Source: Chrysomallon squamiferum | Lineage: Eukaryota; Animalia; Mollusca | Length of the DNA stretch: 64,000 nucleotides | Direction: 5' to 3' | NCBI GenBank assembly: GCA_012295275.1 | Contig: CM022674.1 | Coordinates: 4,588,001 to 4,652,000 of the forward strand | Shown: piece by piece, positions 33,030 to 47,644 of the stretch | Position numbering within the stretch: position 1 is the first letter of the stretch | Layout: every line of letters begins with the position of its first letter | Translations under genes and position numbers: made by a program | Notes under the pieces: generated by a model | Database searches by the model: none | What the model saw: the letters and a program-made list of their open reading frames with translations, nothing else | Told to the model about the DNA's origin: nothing

Positions 33030-33510
33030 TAAGAATTTTCTTTTTTTTTATTGGTGGAGGCCATGATCGTTTGCTAAACCAGTTTTATCACAACATCTGC
33101 CTGTTTATTTATTTAGCTTCGTTTAATTTTTTTAAAGTTATTTAGTTATTTTTTTCTTCTAATTATTAAATGTGTAACAAAACAGTAACAATAACTTAAA
33201 TTAAGAAGATGGCAACTACAATAACGATGAGACAAAAAATAACAGCAAAAACGAAGTGATAATGTTGATGACGATAATATCCTGAAAATAACTGAAAAGA
33301 ATAATGGCTTTATTTTTAGCAGACATTAATAAAATTTCAGGAAATAGAAATTTGATTAATTTTGAGTTTCTAAATCTGATACTGAGAAACTTCATAGACA
33401 GCGAACTGACAGAAATCAGCTGAAATTTTATACAAATATATTATTAGAAACATTAAATGACAATTCATTTGCTTTTAAAATTGTTGAATGTTATTTTAGA
33501 TATATACGTT
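33030..33510 (+). repeat. Left arm of a recent ~480-bp inverted repeat (right arm 36255-36740)
   Basis: Near-identical reverse complement with scattered substitutions, continuing inward into matching (CATA)n/(GA)n tracts. Confidence 0.9.
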
Positions 33511-33612
33511 CATACATATATACATACACATAGATAAATACACACATACGCACATATATAATACAACATTTTATTCATACCTAGACACCTAAAAGGACAC
33601 ATAATAAATAAA

Positions 33613-33702
<90 letters not shown>

Positions 33703-35473
33703 TTTATTTTCAAGAGAAGTCACTGATATCAGAGAATCGATAAGAGCCGCAGACTTTTTGCAATATCAAAATGAACTCTATCACAGATATTTATTTTCTG
33801 CATGATATTAATAATGATAAGTTGTTGTGGGAATGTCTTAATAAAAATATAAGCTAAAGGGAAAAAGGCTATATTGTTTTGAATTAATAAGAAGCTGTTT
33901 TGTGGGAATGTCTTAATAAAACTGTAGGGTAAAAAAACTGGGAAAAAAATCAAAGGTACCAGTTTAAAAAATGATCTTTCATAGTCCAGTGCTAAGTTGT
34001 TAATTTTCTTTGACGTTTTTGAAACTAACTATACAGATTACGTAAATTTTATTCGTGGAAAAAGAATTTTTTTTTTACAAAATTTAAATTAAAAAAACAA
34101 AAACACAAACAAACACCTTTAAAGTGTTTAATCATTGTTGGAGTTTATCAGCCACTTTAATATGTTTCTCCTTTACAGTATGACGCCCGAAAATCTTATC
34201 AGACGGAGAGACAAACAAAAGGACAGCGAGATAAAAATTAAACGTGTTATTTTACCGCGTCGAGTCTGGTCTAAAATCCACGACACTAACACTTACAATG
34301 TCGGTCAACGTATTTGCGTCAAAGCAGGAAGACAAGGGATTGGTCCTCAGAGAACAGACGGAGAGAGTTGTTCTGAGTGTGTCGTGCAGAAAATATCATG
34401 TGAGGAACACATATTTAAATACGTGTAAGATCTGTTGTGCGGGTATCAGCAAAACGCAAAAATCTTATCAGACAAATGCGACCGATAACGTCACACGATG
34501 TGTTGCTATTTATGTACGTAGTGACGTACGTGAAAATAGGTTTGAAACTGATTATTATTATTAGGGTCCGTCTTGCTATTGTTATTGTTACCATCATCAT
34601 CATCATCATTTTTATATAATCATTATGATCATCTTTATAATTATTATTGTTGTTGTTATTATTATTATTATCATCATCATCATCATCATCATCATCACCG
34701 TCGTCGTTGTCGTCGTTATCATTAGTATTGTCATCATCATCATCATCATCATTATGTACATGATAATACCTTTGAAAGGTTATCTTCATAATTATTCGGA
34801 ATCTGTTATTGTTATCAGTATCAGCATCATCATTACCACTTTCTACATTTTATATTTTTATTGATAAGCAATGCATTTGCAGCCATTTGGACCCTTTAAT
34901 TATCAGTGTAGTTACATACCACGCATGCGAATGCACATAAAGAATAACAGACATGCAAACGCATGCATGCTATTACTTAAGTTGAACTTTTATATTTTTT
35001 CTACGCGTGTTTTTCGATACCATATCCAAAATAGCTAAAAAAAAAATCGTCAATATTAATTTAATTTGATTAAATATTGCGAGCATTGCTTCTATTCTCA
35101 ACTTCTGGTATGGCTACTGTTACCGATACTGTTACTTCTAATTTTAATTTACTTCTATTACCATTGTTACTGCTTTGACAGCGATTATTACTATTAATAA
35201 CACTACTACAACAACAACTGCTACTACTGCTCCTACCACAACTTCCACTACTACTACTATCACTGCTGCCACTATTACTAATACTAGTTTTAGTACTGTT
35301 ATCACTACTATAACAACGACTAGAGCTACTAGTACTACTAGTACTACTACTACTACTACTACTACTGCTATTTCGCTTGCTGCCATATTTCTTACTATTC
35401 TTCTTTTTATTGCTATTGACGTTTCTATCTGATTGTAATTTATTTTATTTTATTTCATTTTATTTTATTTAAT

Positions 35474-35508
<35 letters not shown>

Positions 35509-36087
35509 TCTATTTATTTATTTTAACCTACAATGTTTTTTTTTTCAACATTTCTTTTACCGTTCCATATTATTTACTTTAATTTTCAAAATCTTAATAA
35601 ATCATAAAAAAAAAAATTAAAAAAAAAAAAAAAATCAATTCGTTTAGACATTATTCTACTATCCAACGTATAGTTCACTACTCAAAACTTATAGTTTAAA
35701 CACCATACATTCGAGAAAGTTCGCACGTCACTGTTACCATGAAAACGAAGATTAAACAATGCAGTGACGCTTCGTCTACTGTCTGCGGAAAATGTGCAAA
35801 AGATAATTAATCTGTTAATCAGGTGAGCGTTAAGAGGCCCAAAGAAGGAGGTCTTTATTTCTGTGGTATTTTATTCTTATGCTCTCCTTTTTTCTTTCTT
35901 TCTTTTTTTTTTTTTTTTTTTTTTTTTTTGGTTTGTTTAAATAATCTCATAAAAAATGGTAATAATAAAAAGTCCAAAGAGAAATTTAATTAATGAAGTT
36001 AATATATAAACACATACATTAAACAAATAGCTCACATGTTTGTAAGCATATATCAGCGCACACACACACACACATACACACACACAC

Positions 36088-36144
<57 letters not shown>

Positions 36145-36254
36145 ATTACGTGGTTTTTTAGATATCTAGATATGAATATAATGTATGCATATATATTATG
36201 TATGTATGTATGTAAGTATGTATGTATGTATGTATTTATGCATGTATTTATGCA

Positions 36255-36740
36255 TGAACATATCTAAAATAACATTCAACAATTTTAAAAGCAAATAAAT
36301 TGTCATTTAATGTTTCTAATAATATATTTGTATAAAGTTTCAGCTTATTTCTGTCAGTTCACTGTCTATGCAGTTTCTCAGTAACAGATTAAGAAACTCA
36401 AAATTAATCAAATTCCTATTTCCTGAAATTTTATTAATATCTGCTAAAAATAAAGCCATTATTCTTTTTCAGTTATTTTCAGGACATTATCGTCATCAAC
36501 ATTATCACTTGGTTTTTGCTGTTATTTTTAGTCTCATCATTATTGTTGTTGTCATCTTCTTAATTTAAGTTATTGTTACTGTTTTGTTACACATTTAATA
36601 ATTAGAAGAAAAAAAATAACTAAATAACTTTTAAAAAATTAAACGAAGCTAAATAAATAAACAGGCAGATATTGTGATAAAACTGGTTTGGCAAACGATC
36701 ATGGCCTCCAGCAATTAAAAAAAAAAATAAAAAAATCTTT
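36255..36740 (-). repeat. Right arm of the recent ~480-bp inverted repeat
   Basis: Reverse complement of 33030-33510. Confidence 0.9.
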
Positions 36741-37009
36741 GGTCCTCTTGAAAACCGTAAACAACCGAATAACCGCTGTCAGAAAGACAGACCTGCCGCC
36801 AGCTAAAACAAAACTGCGTGTTGACCAAAAACATTTTCTTCTCAACATTGTTTAGTCTAATGGAAGATGACCACATCCAAGAGAGAAGATGATGAATTAT
36901 TCCAACTACTAATTGGTTTCAGTTCCCTGGAAGCATGATATTCTCAGCACGTCAGTTCGTTTCTCAGCCATTTTAACATGCTGACTTCCTGGTTAGTACA
37001 ATTCAACGC

Positions 37010-37810
37010 GAGAATGACGTTCCAGATACAAGCGAATAGACGGTCATTATATGTGAAAGCTGCATTCGGGAAAATGACGTTTTTCATACACGCGTGAATT
37101 GATGGTGTTTATATCTGAAAGATGAATTTCGTGAAAATGACGTTTTTCATACACGCGTGAATTGATGGTGTTTATATCTGAAACATGAATTTCGTGAAAA
37201 TGACGTTTTTCACACGCGTGAATTGATAGTGTTTATATCTGAAAGATAAATTTCGTGAAAATGACGTTTTTAATATGACCGTGGACAGTTATTACATATG
37301 AAAGCTGCAGTGAGAAAATGATGTTTTTGATATGTGAGCAGACGAATTAAACTGCGTTTGAAACCTGTGAAGATCGTTCGTTAAAATGACGTTGGTGATA
37401 CGTGCGTAGACAAATTATACTCTGTTCGAAAGTTGGGCTTGTGAAAATTAGGGGTGTTTTTTTTTTTTTGCTTCTTCTTCTTTTTTTTTTTTTTTTTTTT
37501 TTGTAAACCCATGTAAACAAATTATTATATTTGAAAGCTGAATTCGTAAAAATAAATTTCTTTGTACATACATAAACAAACTGTTATGTTTAAAATTAAT
37601 ATTTGTGAAAATGATATTTTTTTAATGTGTGTGTATAAAAATATACTGTGCTTGAAATCTGTGCAGAACATACGTGAAAATGACGGGGATTTTTTGGTGC
37701 AAAAGTAGACAAATTATTATGTATAAAATAATGATTTGTGAATATGACGTTCTTGGTATATGTTTGTAGACCAATTATTCTGCTGAACAAAACACTCGTG
37801 AAAATCTTTT
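37010..37810 (+). repeat. ~63-bp minisatellite, ~12 units, most homogeneous at 37071-37260
   Basis: Unit aaaatgacgtttttcatacacgcgtgaattgatggtgtttatatctgaaagatgaatttcgtg; starts at 37071, 37134, 37197, 37258. Confidence 0.9.
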
Positions 37811-38309
37811 AAGTCAAAAGGATTTTGGTTTCTTAATTTTCTTCTTTTCTTTTTCTATCATTTTTTTTTTATTATTTTTTTTTTTTTTTTTTTTTTTGTT
37901 TTTATTATTTTTTTTTTTTATTATTATTTTGATTCTTCTAGACGGCCAGTGTTGTAAACAGATTACTGACAGTAGCAGCTTGAAGTGTCTAAATGTAGAC
38001 ATAGAAAATATGATATTTATCGAAATCAAAATGAGAGTGTTATGGTTTTCTGTCTTTCAGTATTTAATTGTTTTTCGTTTTTTTTTTTTATTATTATTTT
38101 TTTTTTTCATTGTGAATTGTACTGAAAAAAATAATAAGCTTTTGTTGTTTATTTCTTTGCCAGCCTTTTTTCTGGGGGTTACGAGATCATTGTTGAGCAA
38201 GGGTATGTTTTAGCTTTTTTCAACTTGACTTAGAAGGAGGAATAAATAAAAACTCGTAGATAGCTTTGAAACTCGTCATAATGCATATAGACTCCTTTTG
38301 TACTGTATT

Positions 38310-38427
38310 CAGTTGATGAAAATATGGTAACCCTAGATATTACTGAATCAAAAATTTTAAAGAGGGTCATCAGTCATACTGAGTTGCTCATAAGGGGTCG
38401 CGGTATGAAAAAGATTGAAAACCAGTG
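38310..38427. mobile_element. hAT-like terminal fragments
   Basis: aaaatatggtaacccta (reverse complement TAGGGTTACCATATTTT) and ggggtcgcgg...aaaaagattgaaaaccagtg resemble hAT (Blackjack/Charlie-like) element ends; no partner ends found. Confidence 0.35.
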
Positions 38428-40274
38428 ATCTATCTAATTATCACTCTGCCTATTATCTACCTACCTACCTACCAGCCTACTACTTATCTACCTATTTACA
38501 TATCTCTGTATATCAAACTGATTTTATAAATTTATAATAAGAAAAATGAAACAGAATAAATGATAAGGATGAAGATCACAGACCGACACCAAATAAACAA
38601 ATACACAAAAACGGGAAAACGCGCGGGCACCATCGAGCGCACGCGCCCCATGTGTGTGTGTGTGTGTACGCACACACGTAAATGGTGGGGTAGGTAACTA
38701 GGTAGCCAGACAAGCGTACATTTCAGATGACCGGAGAGTTTGACAGATAAATAAAGATAAATAGACAACCACATGATCGATAACGTTCTTAATTATTTCC
38801 AAAATCATGGTCAATATACACGTATCTACGTAGATAACTTTGTTTATCAAAGTCCTTTGTGGTATACACAGTCCGCTATCTTTGAAATATGCAGAAATAC
38901 ACGTACATAAATAGTTTCTATACGATTTTAATTTGCGATCTCCAGTACGTAACTATTTATTTTACTGCTATTTTAATCATTTTAATTTGAGGATAGTTTT
39001 GTGAATTTTATATATATTTATATATATATATAAAGTAATCACCATTTTGTTGTTTTTAATCTTTGACAGTCAATAGTTAAAATGGTTTTAGTGCTGAGCT
39101 GTTTCATCTGTGGTCTCCATTAGGCACAGTAATTACATTTTAGTACGATTTATTTATATATTGATTTGTGGTCTTTAATATGTACATAAATATAGTTTAA
39201 CGCCATTTATTTTAAAATGTGATTTTTTATTATGTACATAAATACATTTAATGCCATTTATTTCAATGATATGGTTTTTATATTAATTTTTTTTTTTTTT
39301 TTTTAAATGTTTCTCTAATTTTAATTCGTGTCAGAACACGTTTAGCTGGCACTGTAATTTGTAACGTATTTCAGAGCCACTAGCATCACGTTCTTCCGCC
39401 CGTCTATAAATAACTTTAAAATCATCAACCTCACCGCAGGCTGAATACTAGAACACAACTTGTTTTTACGTTTGGCATGTGAAATGGTCATTTTAGTGTA
39501 CACTGGTGCTTCCGACAGCTTCTCTTGCAGAAGTACTTCACAAGCGACATCTTTGGATTTTATGACATAAACAGAAACAGAATACATTTTCCTGAGCACC
39601 AGTGATCCAAAGAATCGTCTAAACGTTGGACCAAAAATCAAAACGTAGTTAATGTCTATTTGTTAATGTTTATAGAAAAATAAATGGAGTTTAAGGTTAT
39701 GCGTGGTGTTTGTTTAACAGTGGCGGTGCAGAAGATACGATTTGATTGGTTGAAGGAGTTAATTTACCATTCCAAACAGAGCTCTGTGGCAGAGATTACC
39801 AAAGGAACAGGATTTTTTTTTTTTTTTTTTTTTTGCTGTGTATGAGTGTTTGGACATAAACAGACAGCCTAATTAATCATCTGTATGCCTCGTGAAACAG
39901 TGGAATTATTACTGATGACATATTTACTCGATTTACAAATAACTGTCAGATCAGTAAGAAAAATAAACAAACAAAAATAATTATTGTAATGGAATAATGA
40001 TAATAAAGAAGATGATATTGACGAAAATGATAACAACAACAGTGACTATAATAACAGAAATTACAATAATAACAAGAGACGTTAACTAGTGAAAATATTT
40101 TTATTTCTATGATACAAAATATACAGTAAAATATCTTTAAAAATCACTTTTTGCTCATTATTTCAAGTCGGTATCACATAATGCATAAAAAGGCAACAAA
40201 GCTTAACACGGGCATAAAATTATTTTGAAAACATTAAAAAGGAAAATAATAATTAAAAAAAAAAAAAATAATAC

Positions 40275-40380
<106 letters not shown>

Positions 40381-41514
40381 AATAAATAAATAAATAAACA
40401 TTCACAACTGTGCACAACAACTGTATCACCGTTAGATAAAATATAATTAAAAAATGAAAATGTAAATCAATTAATAATAGCAATAATAAATAAATAAATA
40501 TATGATGATGATGATAATAACAAACATTTTTTTTTAAATTCAGGGTAAAAAAGAGATCAAAACAAGAAAGAATTTAATTAAAAAACAGGAAAAAAAAAGA
40601 ATTAAATTTTAAAAAATGAAAAACCAAACATACAAATAAATAAAATAAACCAAATAATATACTATTAGTAATTAAGCAGATAGATAATTCAGAAATTATT
40701 ACTATACACTAACAAACAATCAAAAACAAAATTTTTGATTTTTATAAGTTCAAAATGCATACACATTAGTTTGTTATAGTTTGTTTTGTTTGTATTTTTT
40801 TTTTTTTTTTCCATTATTATTTCTTTAATTAATTGATATGTATCTATTCTATGTCATTAATGATATGCAATGAGATTAGGGAAGTGCTGTGATTTTTTAA
40901 AATAATAACAGATACATTTCTTCGATGAATACCAATGTATGATACACATCTGCATCTATACTCAGATACAGGAATTAATTCTGAGACAAAGTTTAAATGC
41001 TGTCATTTGCTTTTATTCATTTGAATAATTATTATGTCAACACTAATATATTTTTCAATAACATTTTGCAAATAATAAAAAAAATAATAATTAAATAAAT
41101 TAAATAAGTAAACATAATTAAAAATGAAATTAAAAAAGGTAAGAAAATATACCACTTCAAAATTATATAAACATTTTAAAAATTTACATTTCAGGAAGTG
41201 TATGCACAATTTTGAATTATTTTTATCTTGATCTTTCCATTTCCCAATAAAAACAAAAAACACAAATGACTATTTAAAATTAAGAAAAACTGTTCATCGT
41301 ATTTAAAATGCTTATTCACAATTGTGAAACTTCCCAGGGTGCATTAACAAACAATACAACACATCTATTGTATATAAAAATCACAATTGTTAATTACATA
41401 ATTCTGTATCCAAAATGGAAAGAATACAAAAAACAAAAAAATCTCCATGCTGGAAATAAATATCCAACAAAAAGTTATATTACACATACACTAACATCTA
41501 CATAACAATAATAA

Positions 41515-41577
<63 letters not shown>

Positions 41578-42530
41578 TTTAAAAATTCTGCTGTAATTAG
41601 CCTTACATTTGCTGGATTTGCAATGTGATATATTTGCTATATAAATCAGGATTATAATCCCATAACCACAATCCCAAAATCCAATAAATACAAGTTTCTA
41701 TAATAAAGAAAGAATGCGACTTGATCCAGTAAAAGATGAATATAATTCCAGAAGGTAATTCTTTCTCTATATTTTGCTAATGGTTAGATGGTTGCACTTT
41801 TTAATATTATTTTGAAATTTAATATTCTCTGGAGTGCTGGTTTAATTAAGGCAAAGTTTTCTATTACATTTAAACAACCTATGTATTTTCAACATTAAAA
41901 TATCGTTATACACTGGTTTCAAGTTTCAGACTATTTTTAATTAAACTAATCTTTATGGTCATTGCATAAAAATGTATAGATGTCTTTGTATTTGGCTGTT
42001 GATTCAAGCTTAATTTTATAATTTGACATGAGTTTATTTTTACCAGTATTCTGACAAATGTCAGTACAAGATGTGGTTTCAGTTTGTTTTTAAAGAATTA
42101 ACTGTTGTACTCTGTAATTAATTAATCTTAAGAATTTATGAGGTACAGTTTCAGATTATCAGAGGCAACTCATCCATACTTTATAATTTTAATAAAATAA
42201 ATAATTAAATATAATTTAAATAAATAAAAGTAATAATAATAATAATAATAGTAATAATAGTAATAATTATAATAATAATAATACTATTAATAATAATAAT
42301 AATAATAATAAATAATTAATAATTATATTATTAATAATAATGATGATAATAATAATAATAATAAATAATTAAAAATAAACAAATCATTCAATAAACAAAT
42401 CAACAACTTAAAAATGATCAAAACAAGTTTTCCTTGACAACTACAATGGCTGAAGCATTCTGAGAACGTGCACACACGTTTTTGAAAGACATTTTCTCTT
42501 CTTACACGTCGACACCTAAAACTGACCACA

Positions 42531-44580
42531 TCAAACAAACGTCACGGTTTGAATGACCTCCGTCTGCTTCTCCGTGTCCACATTGGTTGACATGGAAACC
42601 ATGGAAATCGTCTGCCCGCTCATGTCGCCATTCCAGCAGAACTCCCTGATGGACTGGGCGCTGTACTTGATGGTCTCCACCCCTAGAACCACCCCAGCTT
42701 TCACCCTGTTGGCTGCAACGCTGCTTGTAGTCTTGATGTTCTGGACGTAGACCGTGCCGCTTTCTCGGAAGGACTGGACCTGACTTCGGACCTTCTCCAT
42801 CTTCCTTCCGACACCAATGGACAGTCTGGACCGAGCTTCGTCCAGCGTTTCCAGGATGTTGCCAGGCGACCACCCACTGGGGCTGGTGTCCTCCGGAGTG
42901 GGGAATTTCTTCTGCGCTTCGGGCGTCAGCGAAACCGGAGATGCAGCATACACTCCCGAACCACCAGAGTGATCATCACTGTCGTCGTGGTAATCATCAT
43001 CCTTGTAATCATCCAGACAGCTCGAGTTGCGGTCCTTCAACGACTCATTCTTGGTCGCGGTCTCGTTTTCTTCCTCATTTTTCGCCATTTCTTCTTGTTC
43101 TTTCTGCTTCTTCTTCTTCTCCAACCTCTCTTCAAGCTTGGTGAAAAGCAGCCTCAGGGACCCGACCAAGATTCCGAAAACCAGGAAAATGGAAGATGAG
43201 TACAACCCGACGAACAGACTCTCAATGTACACAGCATGGAAGCGAGAAGTGATGCGGATGTACGCGGAATAGCTCGCATTTCCCGTGGGACCCACGCCCA
43301 CGCAGGTGAAGTTCCCGGCGAAGTAACCGCGGAAACCGGAGATGTGGAGCGTCCCGTTTTCCAGAACGTTGATCCTCGTCACTCCGACGCTCAGCGTCTC
43401 GTACGACTGGCTGTCCGTGATCTCTGTGCTGTCGTCCCCCAGGAGTGGGTAGTGTCTGGGGTGGGAGTAAATCTTCCCCCAGGGCGTGAGCCAGACGATG
43501 GCAGGGGACGGGTACCCGAAAGCTTCGCACTTGAGATACAGGTCACCCTGGACCTGGATGTCCTGGTGCTCGGGCAGTTTGGTGATGGTGGGAACTGCGC
43601 AGCTCAGTCTGGCGATGTTGAGAGCCGTGATGGCCTCCCCGGACAGAGACTCGGGCGTGCGACACCGATACTTGTCCAGGTTGACGAAATGGTGAGACGC
43701 GTCGCGACGTCTCCATGACTGAGTCTTGTTCCATGGCAAGGAATGGTTCGAAGATGACGACGATGACGCGAGCTGATCGATGGTGTCTCGGAGCGCGAGG
43801 ACGGCACACGAGCAGTCGAAAGGATTCCCCGACAGATCGATGCTGGGAACGCTCTGGAAGACGGGCATCAGGTCGGAATGGAATATGGTGAACCTGTTCC
43901 GCGACGAGGATCAGCGTCTTCAGCTGAGTGAGACCGCGGAAGTGAACGGAGGTGATGTACGAAAGACGGTTGCTGGCGAGGTCGATGACCTCCACATGGC
44001 GCAGCAGGTAAAAAACAGTCGGAGGAATGGACTCGAGCAGGTTTGAGCTAAGATTCACAACCTTCAGTATGAGCAGGGGAACATCCTGAAAAACATCGGG
44101 GGGCAGCTCGACAATTCGGTTGCCACTCAGGTTCAGATATTCCAGCTCGTGCAGCCCGGTGAAGGCCTGCTTATCGACTTGCACGATGCTGTTGTTGCTG
44201 AGATCCAGATTCATCAGGTTTGGCAAGCCGGTGAATCTCTTTGATTGCAAAGCTGTCAGTTTGTTGTTGACGAGACTGAGAAACTTCAGTCCCTCAACTC
44301 GCTCCTGGAATTCTGGTACAGCTGGCAGTCCTCCACCTACTGTAAGGTAACCTATATGCGGCCTCCCTATAAGGAATTCTGATATATTCATCCATGTGGT
44401 TTTCTTCCATCTGGACTGCCACTGGCAGGACAGGACCTGTGGCTCCTGGTCAAACAGACACGCACAGAACTGTGGGCACACAACTGGTTTCGTTTTTTCA
44501 GCAGGTTTGATGAACGCTGCCCATGATGAAACAATGTGTAATATCAATATTATTACTGTTTCACATTTGTGGACCCACAT
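42531..44580 (-). CDS. LRR-Ig-transmembrane (LIG/LRRN-like) cell-surface protein, single coding exon, ~682 aa after repairing a +1 frameshift at ~43905
   Basis: Signal peptide MWVHKCETVIILILHIVSSWA; LRRNT CPQFCAC; LRRs (LKFLSLVNNKL, LMNLDLSNNSI, LEYLNLSGNRI, LKVVNLSSNLL, VEVIDLASNRL); LRRCT GNPFDCSC..CRTPESL..LSC; I-set Ig (LKCEAFGYPSPAIVW..GTLHI..AGNFTCV); TM SLFVGLYSSSIFLVFGILVGSL; long cytoplasmic tail. Splice acceptor just upstream at 44646/44645. Confidence 0.88.
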
Positions 44581-45195
44581 TGCTAGCTGCTAATCCTTTT
44601 GGTCAGTGGTATAAAAATTGTGTGTTTTAATCTCTCACATCCATCCTAAAATAAAAAAAAAAGAAAATTAAATTAAACAAACAAAGAAATAAATATCTGC
44701 ATATAAAACACATACAAAAATAAAATAAACAAAATAAAATTAAATTAAACAAATAAATAAATAAATAAATATCTGTATATAAAACACATACAAGATACAT
44801 GTGCATTATCATCTATTAGTCTACCTACATACCTAACTGTACTAATCAAATAAAAAATAATAATAATGATATACACAATATGAAAACAAAAAAAGAAATA
44901 ATGAAAAGGTATTTTTATTTAGATGTGACACATTATTGAAAATTCAATACCCCGATAAAAATAAATAAAAAACAAAAAATAACTAATAACTAATAAGGAA
45001 AGAAAAATAATTATATAAATAAACTAAAAAAATATAGGAACTGAAATAAATAAACTATTTTTTCTGAAAAAAAGAAGCTATTTAAATTTTAAAGCTTTCA
45101 TAGTTCTGTCAGACACTGCTTATATGTATGATTATATCTCACAGACATCTATCCAAATGATACTGACATTGACAAAACAAATATAATAATAATAA

Positions 45196-45226
<31 letters not shown>

Positions 45227-45246
45227 AAGAAGAAGAAGAAGAAGAA

Positions 45247-45307
<61 letters not shown>

Positions 45308-46507
45308 TAAAATAATAATAAATAAATAAATAAACAATAATATTAAATTACTGAACTGCTGGAACTACTATTGTTCCTACTATTACGTCTACTTCTACTA
45401 CTACAAATAATAATAACAACAATAACAATAACAATAATAATAATAATAATAATAATACAAAATAAATAATGTCCCCTTGCTTACAAGCATACCTATAAAG
45501 ACACAGATGAACAGTGTTTAAAGTGTTTTCTCTACAAGTCATTATTTTATTTTTTATGAATGATAATCATCAACAATGCAGTAAGAATGTTTTACAAAAC
45601 ATTTAAATACTGCCATTTTACTACTTGACAACTTTTGTCATGACATCATCAAGTAGAAGATAGACTGGTCACTGTATTTTTTCCACCAAAGCCAGAAGAA
45701 ACTGCCCTGCACTGTTAATGTCAGCTTATGAAAATTCTTTTTATTTGTTTTGTTTTCCAATTTACTGAACTAAAGGTTAAATTCCTATTACTGTCTTTAG
45801 AAAAAGACTTTGAAGGCTTCTGAACTGCTACACATTTTCACTGGATTTAATAGACATATATTCTGTATGAAACTTTATATGTGAACAGAACTTACATTAG
45901 TATAAATTTAGAGGGTGTGGGGTCTTTTTTTTTTCAGTTTGGAATTACCATTGTTCATTATTTGGTGAAATAATGACATTATGATAAAGTGGGAACAAAC
46001 GGAACTGTGCCAATTATACAGTCCAAAGAAAACAACATGGTGACAATTTGTTCAAAAACATGTTTAAATTTTGTTCTATAGTGACTTACATTTTTTTTTT
46101 TTTTTTTTTTTTTGTTGCTTTGATAGCTCACATGATCGATTATGCCGAATAACAATGTCTGCGTATTTATTAATAAACCAAAATAAATCTGTAATCTAAT
46201 AAAAAAACTTGAACTTTTCTTGACAATTCAGAAAAATGATAAATCCATTTTGAGATTTACAATTCGACTATTCTACATAGACAGAAATTATAACTATAAA
46301 ACGATGATCAGCTGCATTCTTTACTATATATAGCTGCTTTCTGATGATTACTTATGCAAAATGTATCTATATGGATGACACTACCCAGCTCTATCATTTC
46401 CACAGAAATAAGATATAATTCTATATATAAAAGTTATTATAGAGAATCTGAGAGTATATGAACAAAAATATTTGTAAAAATAAAGTTTCTCTCTCTCTCT
46501 CTGTATA

Positions 46508-46551
<44 letters not shown>

Positions 46552-46999
46552 AAAATGGGAAAATTATATATATATATATATATATATAATATCTTTAATA
46601 CAAATCTTAATCTGTTATTTTAGAATTATTCAGTCACAGGTCACAGTAACTTTAATGTTATCTGTCAGAAAGACTCCCATCAGCTGTTAAAAGTAGTTTT
46701 CCTTCCTCTGATTTCTAACATAGCAACAAATAAATAAACAGATCTACCTGAAGATTAAAAACTACAAAACCTGAATATATAAAATAATATTAACAGTCTG
46801 TTAAAAGTCTAAAAATTATTATATTACTAATACAAATTAAGTTTTGAGTTACCATAAAGATGAACAAGAAGACACAATTTCTTCCTTGTTCATTTCAGCA
46901 GATATTCCATTTGATGCATAATACGGCCTAACATTTTAGGTATTACAAGTAGTAGAAAGTGAAAAATGTAGGGGTAAATATGGACGAAAATGGGATAAA

Positions 47000-47606
47000 C
47001 GGATACATAAAACAGTGGAACATTCTTCCCCTTTGTCCTTCAGCAACGCGCATGTCAACAAATACTTTATTGTTACTTCCGAAATTAAGTTTCCTATCCA
47101 TCGGTAACCTTCGACTGTTTTGTCACAAGTGCACCGGAATTTAACGATCTATGTTCGTTCATTTTCGATTATATTTATTTGAATGTTCCATTTAAGGATG
47201 TATTCCAGATCACAACGTTTGATTTGTAGTTTACGTTTCATATTACTGGATTTCTATCACTGTCTCTGAACATTGTGATGTTAACTTCATTATTTTGTCT
47301 AAGATAGTTTATATAATGATTGTATACAAAAATAAATTCATTAAATGTAAGTGACGTGAAGACGTTTACTTGATGATGCATGTTATTCATGAGGATGACA
47401 TCATCATACTGAATAAAAATATATATTTTTAATATGGTTTTCTTAATATATAAATCAGTTCTAAAATAGTAACAAATAAGTTATGCATGTATTATTATTA
47501 TTTGACAATTCTAATAAGATATTAGTAAATATTATTTTATATTCATTCAACTTAAACAGAAGTGTTTATTTTTATATTGTTGTTGTTTTTTATATTATTA
47601 TTATTA

Positions 47607-47644
<38 letters not shown>

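Noticed and set aside
39342-39641. 99-aa minus-strand ORF
   Set aside because: Non-ATG start, no recognisable motif, no clear splice context.
42502-44593. Multiple overlapping ORFs on both strands over the LRR-Ig gene
   Set aside because: Expected by-products of a GC-rich coding exon; only the LRR-Ig-TM frame has domain structure.
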